Source: Samistivirus egole (taxonomy: Duplodnaviria; Heunggongvirae; Uroviricota; Caudoviricetes). Taken from it: DNA of 64,000 nucleotides. This document shows, piece after piece, positions 35,447 through 43,250 of this stretch. The stretch covers positions 60,108 through 124,107 of the IMG/VR virus record IMGVR_UViG_2974779775_000001. The stretch is one strand, 5' to 3'. The translations under genes were made by a program, and so were the position numbers. Numbering within the stretch: the stretch's first letter is position 1; each line of letters begins with the position of its first letter. The notes beneath the pieces are model-generated. The model ran no database searches. It was not told where the DNA came from and saw only the letters and a list, made by a program, of their open reading frames with translations.

Positions 35447-35578
35447 ATGCCTGGTCCTCTTTCTACCCCTGGTGCCGTCAAGCGTCCGACTGTCGCTGAG
35501 CAGATGAAGCGTGTTGCGGACCTGATGAAGGGTAAGGCTCCTCGTACTGGCAAGACCGCAAAGAAGCACGGTCGCTGA
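35447..35578 (+). CDS. small basic protein
   Basis: 43-aa ORF after RBS AAGGAG. Confidence 0.35.
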   Translation: MPGPLSTPGAVKRPTVAEQMKRVADLMKGKAPRTGKTAKKHGR

Positions 35579-35593
35579 CCTCTCGGAGGTTAA

Positions 35594-35767
35594 ATGGCAA
35601 AGCGAGAGCAGGTTGGAACAGCCTTCTCTGTGGCTGAGAAAGACAGGGTAAAGAAGAGTCTAGAAGACCTTCTAAAAGCCCGGAAGGCGAAGGGAAGGCT
35701 AGAAGTAAAGCACTTCACCAAAGGAAAGAATCAGCACCGCTGGGAATTCTGGTACGTGGAGGATTAA
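35594..35767 (+). CDS. small basic protein
   Basis: 57-aa ORF after RBS GGAGG. Confidence 0.35.
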   Translation: MAKREQVGTAFSVAEKDRVKKSLEDLLKARKAKGRLEVKHFTKGKNQHRWEFWYVED

Positions 35768-36009
35768 TGGATTACACAATGGAAGATGTCCTGGCTGCTG
35801 TTGAAACTCTCGATGGCGTTCAGCCAAGCTACTACCGAGACATCCTGGAACTTGGTCCTGATGGGACTGAGGCATACAAAATCTACGGTGACGACCTTGG
35901 AAGCATGATTCATGCGATTCATGTTCTCAAGACTCACTTCGGAATCGTGGGCAATGCTCCACGGTCAACGGGTCCGGTTGCTTCTCCCAATCGAACTGTG
36001 GTAGAGTAG
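35767..36009 (+). CDS. hypothetical protein
   Basis: ATGA overlap with the upstream ORF. Confidence 0.4.
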   Translation: MDYTMEDVLAAVETLDGVQPSYYRDILELGPDGTEAYKIYGDDLGSMIHAIHVLKTHFGIVGNAPRSTGPVASPNRTVVE

Positions 36010-36030
36010 GAGAAAGCCCTTCGGGGCAAT

Positions 36031-36112
36031 GCATGAGCGGCGAAGTTGGAGAGACGCGGTGGTCTGTAAAACCATTCCTTCGGGTGAGTCAGTTCGAATC
36101 TGACCTCATGCA
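36031..36112 (+). tRNA. tRNA-Tyr (anticodon GTA), class II
   Basis: 82 nt. Perfect acceptor GCATGAG/CTCATGC, anticodon stem GTGGT/ACCAT with loop CTGTAAA, a long variable arm, T-arm GTCAG-TTCGAAT-CTGAC. Confidence 0.65.
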
Positions 36113-36168
36113 CGTACAGTATAATAGAAAGAAGAGGTTGTAGCAGCTCCTCTGGAAAAGCTGCCTAT

Positions 36169-36240
36169 GCATGTAAGCCAGGGATAAGCTAGGCGGGCCT
36201 GTAAAGCCCTACCTCGATGGTTCGAATCCGTCTACATGCA
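36169..36240 (+). tRNA. tRNA with anticodon GTA (Tyr codons) but a short variable arm
   Basis: Perfect acceptor GCATGTA/TACATGC, anticodon stem GGGC/GCCC with loop CTGTAAA, T-arm GATGG-TTCGAAT-CCGTC. Only 72 nt. Confidence 0.45.
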
Positions 36241-36242
36241 CG

Positions 36243-36314
36243 GTGACGTTGTTGTAATGGTGGCATAGAAGATTGTGACTCTTCCAGAGGCGGGTTCGAT
36301 TCCCCCACGTCACA
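36243..36314 (+). tRNA. tRNA-His (anticodon GTG)
   Basis: Perfect acceptor GTGACGT/ACGTCAC with a G at -1, anticodon stem GAAGA/TCTTC with loop TTGTGAC, T-loop TTCGATT. Confidence 0.6.
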
Positions 36315-36382
36315 CTGGGTGGCTGTACGGCAAAAGGTCCGTACGGTGTTATCTCTCCAAACTCCCATAAGGTTTGGCGCAA

Positions 36383-36454
36383 GGGCATGTAGCTCAGTTG
36401 GTAGAGCGTCGGTGTGAAGTACCGAGTGCGAGGGTTCGATTCCCTACTTGCCCA
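36383..36454 (+). tRNA. tRNA-Phe (anticodon GAA)
   Basis: D-arm GCTC-AGTTGGTA-GAGC, anticodon stem TCGGT/ACCGA with loop GTGAAGT, T-loop TTCGATT. The acceptor has one U-U mismatch. Confidence 0.6.
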
Positions 36455-36455
36455 C

Positions 36456-36785
36456 ATGAAAAGAATGAGGGTAGCAGCCAGTCTAGCTACTCTTCTCATT
36501 CTTGTTGGATGTGGTTCTAATCAAGACGAAGACAAGCTGACAACAAAGGATAAGGCTTATGTGAAAGTCGTAAGAGAAGAGATTACTGGCGTCAAAGACA
36601 TGAGTGACGAGAAGCTAGTAGCTTTGGCAATCACTGCTTGCGAAGTTTCCAGCAGTGGAGAGAATTTCTTCGAGACTGTCAGGAAGATTAGCAACTACAA
36701 TCTAACCGAAAGTGATGCTTCTTATCTGACAGGAGCAGCGTTCGCAGCATATTGTCCAGAGAATGTTCAGAAAATAGGCCAGTGA
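36456..36785 (+). CDS. putative lipoprotein
   Basis: Signal peptide and lipobox (LLILVGCGS) with a conserved Cys pair. Confidence 0.5.
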   Translation: MKRMRVAASLATLLILVGCGSNQDEDKLTTKDKAYVKVVREEITGVKDMSDEKLVALAITACEVSSSGENFFETVRKISNYNLTESDASYLTGAAFAAYCPENVQKIGQ

Positions 36786-36786
36786 A

Positions 36787-37026
36787 ATGATGCAGATTGA
36801 GATACATTACTCCTTTGGAGAAGGTCCCTACGTAGTAGGTGGAGAGATTGATGAAATCCCCTTCGAATTGAAGTATTACGAAGGAGAAGCGTATCTCGTA
36901 GTTCTGACAAAGGACTTCGTTCTGCGTACAGGTTGCGCTTACAGCCCATTTCTTGGTAAGCTTGACCACCTAATGACAGGCCAACTGATATTCAATCTGG
37001 CCAGGCAGATGAACGACAATCTGTGA
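36787..37026 (+). CDS. hypothetical protein
   Basis: + strand ORF. Confidence 0.4.
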   Translation: MMQIEIHYSFGEGPYVVGGEIDEIPFELKYYEGEAYLVVLTKDFVLRTGCAYSPFLGKLDHLMTGQLIFNLARQMNDNL

Positions 37027-37038
37027 TATAATGTACTT

Positions 37039-37112
37039 GAGGTAGAAGCAGCGGGTGCTGCCGACAGTCTGCAAAACTGTTTGTATTTGGAGTTCAACTC
37101 TCCTCTATCTCT
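37039..37112 (+). tRNA. tRNA-Cys (anticodon GCA), atypical
   Basis: Acceptor GAGGTAG/CTATCTC, D-arm GCAG-CGGGTG-CTGC, anticodon stem ACAGT/ACTGT with loop CTGCAAA, a 7-nt variable loop and a 4-5 bp T-stem with loop TTCAACT. Confidence 0.4.
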
Positions 37113-37162
37113 CTCCGAAAGGTAGGAGCCCTTTACCGAGGCCAATGACAATATCGGTTCTT

Positions 37163-37237
37163 GCCACCTTAGCTCATTTGGTGTAGAGCGACGCTCTTGT
37201 AAAGCGTAGGCGGTCGGTTCGAAACCGACAGGTGGCT
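37163..37237 (+). tRNA. tRNA-Thr (anticodon TGT)
   Basis: Perfect acceptor GCCACCT/AGGTGGC, D-arm GCTC-ATTTGGTGTA-GAGC, anticodon stem ACGCT/AGCGT with loop CTTGTAA, T-arm GTCGG-TTCGAAA-CCGAC. Confidence 0.7.
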
Positions 37238-37329
37238 CAATGGGAAGATGTGCTGGGGAGAATGCAACCGAACCAGCCTCCATCAACTCAGGACGGTCTA
37301 GTACCTAGTTGCAGGGGAACGGCCTTTAT

Positions 37330-37402
37330 GCCTCGTTAGTGCTAATGGTTAACACATATCCTTGGTACGGATATAAAGAGAGTTCGATTCTCTCACGAGG
37401 CT
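37330..37402 (+). tRNA. tRNA-Thr (anticodon GGT)
   Basis: Perfect acceptor GCCTCGT/ACGAGGC, anticodon stem TATCC/GGATA with loop TTGGTAC, T-arm GAGAG-TTCGATT-CTCTC. Confidence 0.65.
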
Positions 37403-37405
37403 CGC

Positions 37406-37507
37406 TATGAATACACTAACTCTAAGGCTCAAGGCCCTGTTCCTTAAGGCTAAGCCATACATTCCACTAGCCCTTGCTTGGTGGAAGTCACGCAAGAACA
37501 AGAAGTA
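37406..37507 (+). CDS. 33-aa membrane peptide
   Basis: MNTLTLRLKALFLKAKPYIPLALAWWKSRKNKK, followed by a 7-bp-stem hairpin. Confidence 0.25.
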
Positions 37508-37571
37508 AGGGGATTTCGACGGAGGCGACGAAATCTTAAACGACCGTCCACCTCGGTGCCCAAACTTCTAT

Positions 37572-37644
37572 CTCTCCATAGGCTAACTGGATAAACCAGA
37601 GTGCTACGAACGCTCAATTGTGGGTTCGAATCCCGCTGGAGAGA
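37572..37644 (+). tRNA. tRNA-Arg (anticodon ACG)
   Basis: Perfect acceptor CTCTCCA/TGGAGAG, anticodon stem GAGTG/CGCTC with loop CTACGAA, T-arm GTGGG-TTCGAAT-CCCGC. Confidence 0.6.
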
Positions 37645-37646
37645 CT

Positions 37647-37677
37647 GGCCCAAGTCAATAAGACTTGGGCCTTAATT
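37647..37677 (+). terminator. rho-independent terminator
   Basis: A 10-bp stem GGCCCAAGTC/GACTTGGGCC with loop AATAA, followed by TTAATT. Confidence 0.55.
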
Positions 37678-37697
37678 CATGTTGAAGGTGATTTAAC

Positions 37698-37931
37698 ATG
37701 CACGAAATTGACCGGTGGGAAGGAGAGGGTGGTCACTTGCATTACGACCTAACTCATAGAGAAAGATTGATGAAGATTCTCAAAGAGGCCGGTATTCGTT
37801 TCGAAGAAGATACATTTGGAGAGGAAGGAACAGACCAAGATATAACTGTCTATCCGAACAACGATGAGAGAGTCTATTTCTCCTTTCATCCAGACGGATT
37901 CCTCAGCGATATCAACGTCTTTTATTCATGA
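37698..37931 (+). CDS. hypothetical protein
   Basis: + strand ORF. Confidence 0.45.
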   Translation: MHEIDRWEGEGGHLHYDLTHRERLMKILKEAGIRFEEDTFGEEGTDQDITVYPNNDERVYFSFHPDGFLSDINVFYS

Positions 37932-38485
37932 AAACATTCTATGACACAGAATTTTTGGAGACTGGGCCAGATGAGCCTACTAGGTTCATCAGTCTAGGGG
38001 CTGTACGTGAGGACGGTGAGGAGCTGTATCTCATCACTAACAACCTCTACGTGCTCAACAGAGCAAATGAGAATGAGTGGATGAGGGAGAACGTCATCTC
38101 TCAGTTGCCAGTAAAGCAGGCGGCCTCTGGTGGCCTTGCTTGGGACACTCAGCATCCTGACTACGCAAGGGTACTTCCCAACGAAGCGATTGCTGGACTA
38201 TGGAGAGATTTTGTTCTCGACTACGAGCCTCGCTACGAGTTTGACACGCCAGAGCTATGGGCCTACTATGGAGCCTATGACCACTACGTGGCCAGCCAGC
38301 TCTTTGGTTGCATGAGGTTCTTGCCAGATGGCATGCCGATGTATACTATGGACATCAAGCAGCGCTGGCACAATGAAGGTAAGCCTAGTCTGCCTCCACA
38401 AGAGGGCACGGAGCACAACGCTCTTGACGACGCCCGGTGGAATAAGGTAGCATATGAGTACCTTGATGAGTACGCCAATCGGTGA
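37928..38485 (+). CDS. DEDDh 3'-5' exonuclease (DnaQ / RNase T-like)
   Basis: Exo I motif FYDTEFLETG and Exo III motif EHNALDDARWN. Confidence 0.7.
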   Translation: MKTFYDTEFLETGPDEPTRFISLGAVREDGEELYLITNNLYVLNRANENEWMRENVISQLPVKQAASGGLAWDTQHPDYARVLPNEAIAGLWRDFVLDYEPRYEFDTPELWAYYGAYDHYVASQLFGCMRFLPDGMPMYTMDIKQRWHNEGKPSLPPQEGTEHNALDDARWNKVAYEYLDEYANR

Positions 38486-38495
38486 CTCATCACCT

Positions 38496-38761
38496 GGGGA
38501 TGCCTTGGTTTCGACTGGGGTGGATGACTTTAGTTTGCAGCCTGACATTGAGGAGATGTCATTAAAAAGCCTCAACACTATAAATGCCAACTCTAAGTTC
38601 GCATTCGCTCTTGCTGCCTGACGGTAGCTGAGCGGGGCTAGTGGGCGGCCTGGCAACAGAATAGCCCACCACAAACTTTCTTGTAACACCCCTTGACACA
38701 TGGCTGTGTATAGACTACTGTTTGAAGCATCAGGACGCGGGTTCGACTCCCGCCATCTCCA
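38496..38761 (+). ncRNA. ssrA: tmRNA (SsrA), tag peptide ANSKFAFALAA
   Basis: 5' end GGGGATGccttGGTTTCGAC matches the conserved tmRNA 5' region. The resume codon GCC falls at positions 91-93 of the RNA, followed by the in-frame tag ANSKFAFALAA and TGA at 38586..38621. The 3' end carries T-arm GCGGG-TTCGACT-CCCGC and an acceptor strand CATCTCC-A that pairs with the 5' GGGGATG. Confidence 0.7.
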
Positions 38762-38833
38762 CGTGGATTACGAAACACTAATGAACAAGTGGATGAAAGT
38801 AATCAGAGATAAGAAAGGTTCTGTTACAGAATC

Positions 38834-38862
38834 TTGACACAGAACACTCGATACAGTACAGT
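38834..38862 (+). promoter_or_regulatory. SigA-type promoter
   Basis: TTGACA-N17-TACAGT upstream of the NlpC/P60 gene. RBS-sequestering hairpins follow. Confidence 0.4.
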
Positions 38863-39002
38863 TGAATGCACGTGAGCCTACCGACCTATTAGGAGGAATC
38901 TATTCCTCCAACAGAAAGAAAGCTCAAGCACAACTCAATAGGACAAAATTAGGATTCCCGATGAATACCTAGTTGCGTAGGCTCCACTAACATTGGAGTT
39001 AT

Positions 39003-39461
39003 ATGTATAAGTCAGCGATAGCTGCGATACTGGTCGCCTCTGCTATTGTGGTGGCAACGCCCGGTCAGTCAGAGGCAGCAACATTGAAGTCAAAGGCCCT
39101 TGCTGTTGCTAAGGCGCAGAAGGGAGATAGATATCAATACGGTGCTGAGGGACCAAATGCTTTCGATTGTTCCGGACTCTCTTGGTATTCATACAAGAAG
39201 GCTGGCAAGACAGTCAAGCGCGTAGCTAATGACCAGTACAACGCTTCTAAGCACATCAGTGCAAGCGCTGCACAGCCAGGAGACCTTGTATTTTTCAAGT
39301 ACAAGTCTGGTGGTAAGGTCTTTCACATGGGCATCGTGTCCAAGAAGGGGTACATGGTCCATGCAAATGCTGGTGGATACTATGGCAAAAAGGTAATTGA
39401 GGAGAAGATTGCTCCATATTGGGGTAAGAACTATAGAGTCTACTACGGCTCTGTCAAGTAG
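39003..39461 (+). CDS. secreted NlpC/P60 (C40) peptidase
   Basis: Signal peptide, catalytic Cys motif FDCSGL, PGDLVFF and HMGIV. Confidence 0.8.
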   Translation: MYKSAIAAILVASAIVVATPGQSEAATLKSKALAVAKAQKGDRYQYGAEGPNAFDCSGLSWYSYKKAGKTVKRVANDQYNASKHISASAAQPGDLVFFKYKSGGKVFHMGIVSKKGYMVHANAGGYYGKKVIEEKIAPYWGKNYRVYYGSVK

Positions 39462-39469
39462 GAGTGAAA

Positions 39470-39781
39470 ATGGCTCGTGAGTACAAGATTTGGGTTGACG
39501 ATGAGCGACCCAAGCCAGACGACAGTTGGACACCAATGAAGAACAGCACAGTTGCGATTCTTTTGTTGAAAGCCCTCAAGCGTCGTGGTCTTGTACCACG
39601 GGCCATTTCTCTTGACCATGACTTGGGTGGTGACGACACGGCTCGTGCTGTGGTACTGTGGATGTGTGAGAACGAGTTCTGGCCTATAGAGGTCTACGTT
39701 CATAGCATGAACCCAATCGGCCGAGAGTGGTTGATTGGTATGGTGGAGCGATATGCCCCCGAAGGAACATATAGACGTTAG
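39470..39781 (+). CDS. hypothetical protein
   Basis: RBS GGAGTGAAA precedes the ATG. Confidence 0.45.
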   Translation: MAREYKIWVDDERPKPDDSWTPMKNSTVAILLLKALKRRGLVPRAISLDHDLGGDDTARAVVLWMCENEFWPIEVYVHSMNPIGREWLIGMVERYAPEGTYRR

Positions 39782-39871
39782 GGGGTGATTAGAATTCAGC
39801 CTATTTTTGGATTGGGTGATGAAGGAGTTGACCCAAGAAGGGTAGAGAGCCTGGACGCGGCCCTTAGAGCC

Positions 39872-39901
39872 ATTTACCAAGCATTGTATTGCTTGGTAAA
39901 T
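39872..39901. terminator. bidirectional terminator hairpin between convergent genes
   Basis: A perfect 12-bp stem ATTTACCAAGCA/TGCTTGGTAAAT with loop TTGTAT. A second hairpin GTGCATCT/AGATGCAC lies at 39922-39942. Confidence 0.55.
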
Positions 39902-39950
39902 GAAGATAAGAGTAGTGCAAAGGTGCATCTGAGAGATGCACACGATGCAC

Positions 39951-40436
39951 TCAACGAATAGCTTCTCTACGCTTACCAGCATAGGTATCTGTTTGGGTAT
40001 GACAATTAGGACAAAGAAATCTTAGATTCTCAATTCTATGGTCGTTGTTCTTTCCATTGATGTGGTCTAGTTGTAGAACAAGTGGTTCGCCATTCCATTC
40101 TGCTCCTAGGCCACATTTTTGGCATTCGTACTCAAGCCACCCGTTGGCAAGGATGCGAGTCTTGAGATTCACTCTGTTGTTGACATAAGGGGAGTCCTTG
40201 ACGAAGACCTCCTCATCTGGTATCTTGTTAGGTGGAACGAGAGGGGCGAAGCTGAGTTCAATTCCAAACGATTCACATGCAGCCCTGAACCTCTTGTAGG
40301 TTGCTCCTCCGTGTGCTAGCTTGAGATAAGCAACACACTCACGAACTGACTTGCAGTTCTGTACAGCTTCACGTAGTCTGGCTTCATCAGTCCAGACAGT
40401 AATCTTCTTTCTAGTCATATTGACAGTATAAGCCAC
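39951..40436 (-). CDS. HNH homing endonuclease
   Basis: This is the only convincing minus-strand gene. HNH motif QLDHINGKNNDHRIENLRFLCPNCH and an upstream CQKCG. Confidence 0.8.
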   Translation of the reverse strand: MAYTVNMTRKKITVWTDEARLREAVQNCKSVRECVAYLKLAHGGATYKRFRAACESFGIELSFAPLVPPNKIPDEEVFVKDSPYVNNRVNLKTRILANGWLEYECQKCGLGAEWNGEPLVLQLDHINGKNNDHRIENLRFLCPNCHTQTDTYAGKRREAIR

Positions 40437-40481
40437 ACTGCTTTATGACGCAAAGCGACGTGGCTAAGAGGGAGTGTCCCG

Positions 40482-40667
40482 ATGAATGAAGCAGTTGCGT
40501 ACATGGTGTACTATCGTGATGCCAACTCCTGGAACTCAAGCAACCAGCTTCCCAAGGCTGTGTTCCTTGACGAGAAGAAGGCTGAGGAGTATGCTTCTAA
40601 GCAGCCAGGATACGGACTGAACGTTGACTGGTTTGTCAAGGAAGTCGCTCTCAATCCGGAGGTATGA
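40482..40667 (+). CDS. hypothetical protein
   Basis: + strand ORF. Confidence 0.4.
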   Translation: MNEAVAYMVYYRDANSWNSSNQLPKAVFLDEKKAEEYASKQPGYGLNVDWFVKEVALNPEV

Positions 40668-40840
40668 TGAGAACGTATGAGCCCGACGAGTGGACTCTTG
40701 AAATGGCGCTTGGCAGGGCCATGGACAACGATGGCTTGACCTACGGTGAAGTTGTTGCTATCATGTTCCTTACACAGGGATGGCCGGTAGACAACAACAA
40801 TCCGGGCGTCTTCAAGAGTCTGATGCCAATCAAGGAGTAG
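40664..40840 (+). CDS. small hypothetical protein
   Basis: 58-aa ORF with ATGA overlap. Confidence 0.3.
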   Translation: MMRTYEPDEWTLEMALGRAMDNDGLTYGEVVAIMFLTQGWPVDNNNPGVFKSLMPIKE

Positions 40841-40841
40841 G

Positions 40842-41249
40842 ATGCGTACCAAAACAGCTATTAAGCTGGTGCGTAATCTCACCCCGGAAGAATATCGCAA
40901 ATGCCGTAGCCTGAACCTACGCTGGGGAGGCTACATGCAGGAGGAGCTGATGTTCGCCCGGCGTGGTGAGAGAGGTGATGCAAAGGCCGTGTTGATTACA
41001 GAGTCTGGAACTGATAGACTCATCGCATGGTCACTGCTTCTCCCCAAAGATGAGCAGATGATTGCTCATTACTACACTCGAAGGTCTTGCAGACGGCAAG
41101 GCTTCGGTGATAGACTGATGAAGTCAGTACAGAAAGTTGCGCCAAAGCCCATCGTGGTTCCTGGCGAAGACATCATGAGTCAGCGTTTCTTTGGCAAGCA
41201 CAAGGAAAACCTGACCATCACAAACGTTTACTCACTCTACGAAAGTTGA
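40842..41249 (+). CDS. GNAT family acetyltransferase
   Basis: Motif A YYTRRSCRRQGFGDRLM. Confidence 0.6.
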   Translation: MRTKTAIKLVRNLTPEEYRKCRSLNLRWGGYMQEELMFARRGERGDAKAVLITESGTDRLIAWSLLLPKDEQMIAHYYTRRSCRRQGFGDRLMKSVQKVAPKPIVVPGEDIMSQRFFGKHKENLTITNVYSLYES

Positions 41250-41473
41250 TAATCATGGCTGCTAAGACCAAGGCGTTCGAGCTTCGCAAGACCGACAAGG
41301 ACAACACCTTCAACCTGTTCGTTCAGGGTCGATGGGTTGGTCTGGTCGAGACCAGCAAGGCTGCGAACCGTAAGACCAACTTCCGCCTGCACGGTGGTCG
41401 TGGTAACTGGGAGGACGTTGTTGGCACTAAGAAGGACTTCGAGACCTTCGCCAAGGACAAGTTCACCAAGTGA
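41246..41473 (+). CDS. hypothetical protein
   Basis: + strand ORF. Confidence 0.4.
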   Translation: MIIMAAKTKAFELRKTDKDNTFNLFVQGRWVGLVETSKAANRKTNFRLHGGRGNWEDVVGTKKDFETFAKDKFTK

Positions 41474-41494
41474 GGCCCGGCCCGAAAGGGTCAT

Positions 41495-41569
41495 TGTCAC
41501 GTAATTCAATCAGGCAGAATCAATGCCCTTGGCCAGGGTAGGTTAGAGGTTCAAATCCTCTCGTGACAG
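41495..41569 (+). tRNA. tRNA, anticodon GGC by eye (atypical, C37)
   Basis: Acceptor TGTCACG/CGTGACA, D-arm ATTC-AATCAGGCA-GAAT, anticodon stem TGCCC/GGGTA with loop TTGGCCA, T-arm AGAGG-TTCAAAT-CCTCT. Confidence 0.4.
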
Positions 41570-41647
41570 CAAGTTAATTAGACTTCATAATCTCCTTCCT
41601 GCTATACTGATAGCGCCTAATCCATCAGAGGCAGGAGGATTGATTAA

Positions 41648-42079
41648 ATGGATTTTGTAGAACATCTGGGCTACCAATACCTTACTGACCTTCTGACGGA
41701 AATCCGCGTAGGCCAGCAGGGATTGGAGGAACAAATGGCAGACCTAACAACTGAGGTTGCAAACCTCCGTGAGGCAGTAAGCGGTGTCAGCGCACGTGTT
41801 GATGCACTTGTTGGACCACTTACGGATGCCGTTAGAGAGGCACAGGATGCCCTTGCAGCAGAGCGTGAAGCAGCAGCAAATCTAGCAGCAGCAGAAGATG
41901 CTGAGGACGTTGAGCAGAACCGTCAGCTAGACGAAGCAAAGGCAGCTACAGACGCAGCTCTAGCAAACGCTCAGAGCGCAGCAGATGAAATCAGCAATGA
42001 GACTGCACGTCTAAACTCTATTGCGAAGCCAGCCGAGGAGCCAACTCCAGAGCCAACAGAGCCACCAGTCGAAGGCTAA
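41648..42079 (+). CDS. coiled-coil protein
   Basis: Ala, Glu and Gln-rich heptads. Confidence 0.5.
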   Translation: MDFVEHLGYQYLTDLLTEIRVGQQGLEEQMADLTTEVANLREAVSGVSARVDALVGPLTDAVREAQDALAAEREAAANLAAAEDAEDVEQNRQLDEAKAATDAALANAQSAADEISNETARLNSIAKPAEEPTPEPTEPPVEG

Positions 42080-42089
42080 TATTTGACTA

Positions 42090-42126
42090 TTGACAACCAG
42101 CTTAGCTTCATGTTAGGCTGGTTGTC
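42090..42126 (+). promoter_or_regulatory. promoter -35 element inside a 10-bp inverted repeat
   Basis: TTGACA within GACAACCAGC...GCTGGTTGTC. Confidence 0.35.
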
Positions 42127-42193
42127 GCATGCCGGGGAAGTTCTTTGGTAAGAACAGTCTCTCTATAGTGTTCATTTGACCGTGCACAGTCTC

Positions 42194-42222
42194 TTGACAC
42201 CTCCTAGTAGCGCTGCTAGGAT
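42194..42222 (+). promoter_or_regulatory. SigA-type promoter driving a noncoding region
   Basis: TTGACA-N17-TAGGAT. Confidence 0.45.
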
Positions 42223-42237
42223 GACAGAGTAGAAAGG

Positions 42238-42264
42238 TTGGAGGTTCGATTCCTCCCTCTGGCA
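42238..42264 (+). ncRNA. isolated T-arm-like hairpin
   Basis: GGAGG-TTCGATT-CCTCC plus an acceptor-like CTCTGGC, with no full tRNA. Confidence 0.3.
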
Positions 42265-42274
42265 CTTAAGACTT

Positions 42275-42403
42275 GGCCCCAAGAGGCAGCCGATGGTCAC
42301 CGGGATGCATACCGCCCATTGGACCTTATCTAGGTACCACGTCTATGCAACCGACGGGTTGAGCCCATAGACAATGGGGTAGGTTCAAATCCTACTGGGG
42401 TCC
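42275..42403 (+). ncRNA. 129-nt tRNA-like RNA with a ~100-nt non-tRNA interior
   Basis: Acceptor GGCCCCA/TGGGGTC pairs completely, and T-arm GTAGG-TTCAAAT-CCTAC sits next to the 3' acceptor strand. It lies downstream of the promoter at 42194. Confidence 0.4.
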
Positions 42404-42500
42404 ACTATGTTGGAAACTATTCATTCGAAGAGTGGAAGGAGCGTAATGATTTACGACCCTGGTTAGTGTAACTACACTAACTTTGAAGGAGTGAATTATT

Positions 42501-42788
42501 ATGGCAACTGGCAAAGAGCGTGGCTACAAGGACTGGAAGCTTTCCAAGAACTTCAAGCGCAGCGCTCGCAATTACACTGAGTCCGACACCATTAGCCGTG
42601 GTCGCAAGAAGAAGAACACGCGCAAGTGGTGCAAGGGCGTTGAGGGACGTAAGCACACCCTTGCGCTTTACAACAAGTATTCCTGGAGTCACAGCCACAA
42701 GTGTGTCAAGTGTGGCAAGGAAATCTGGGGACCTGTGAATCGTGAGGAGTTTGACTTCGTTCCCATGCGTTGGGAAGACTTTCACTGA
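42501..42788 (+). CDS. basic zinc-finger protein
   Basis: RBS GAAGGAG, with CKG...HKCVKCG. Confidence 0.45.
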   Translation: MATGKERGYKDWKLSKNFKRSARNYTESDTISRGRKKKNTRKWCKGVEGRKHTLALYNKYSWSHSHKCVKCGKEIWGPVNREEFDFVPMRWEDFH

Positions 42789-42973
42789 TGCAACTCAAGA
42801 TGTACGCTATTGCCTGTGACCAAGCAGAAGCTATCAAAAACTGCTACACAGGCAAGTACACAAATCAACCATTCTGGCCAGAGCATAAGACTCTGGTACC
42901 ATATCTAGAAAAGGCCAAGGAAGAGAATCCTGGCCTTCCACTAAAAATCTTTGTGATTAAGGTGAGTGGATAA
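42788..42973 (+). CDS. hypothetical protein
   Basis: TGATG overlap with the upstream ORF. Confidence 0.4.
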   Translation: MQLKMYAIACDQAEAIKNCYTGKYTNQPFWPEHKTLVPYLEKAKEENPGLPLKIFVIKVSG

Positions 42974-43250
42974 ATTGGCCGGAAACAAGAACAGCCGTAA
43001 GAAGTGGCTCTGTCTTGACTGTGGTGTTGACACTGGCAGGATTGGCGAACACTTCTTTCTCGACATGAGCGTCTGGTCCTTGACAGGACTTGGACACGAA
43101 GGTATGCTCTGTGTAGAGCACGTTGAGGAGTGAATCGGCAGGCGTCTTGTTCCGGCCGATTTTACGTCCGCCTACATCAACCGCTTGAACAACGGGTTCA
43201 AGTCTGCTAGGCTGGTCTCACGAATCAAGGGCAACTAACAAGGAGGACCG

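Noticed and set aside
38690-38722. TTGACA-N17-TACTGT promoter-like motif.
   Set aside because: It lies inside the tmRNA gene body, so it is more likely coincidental or a structural element of the tmRNA.
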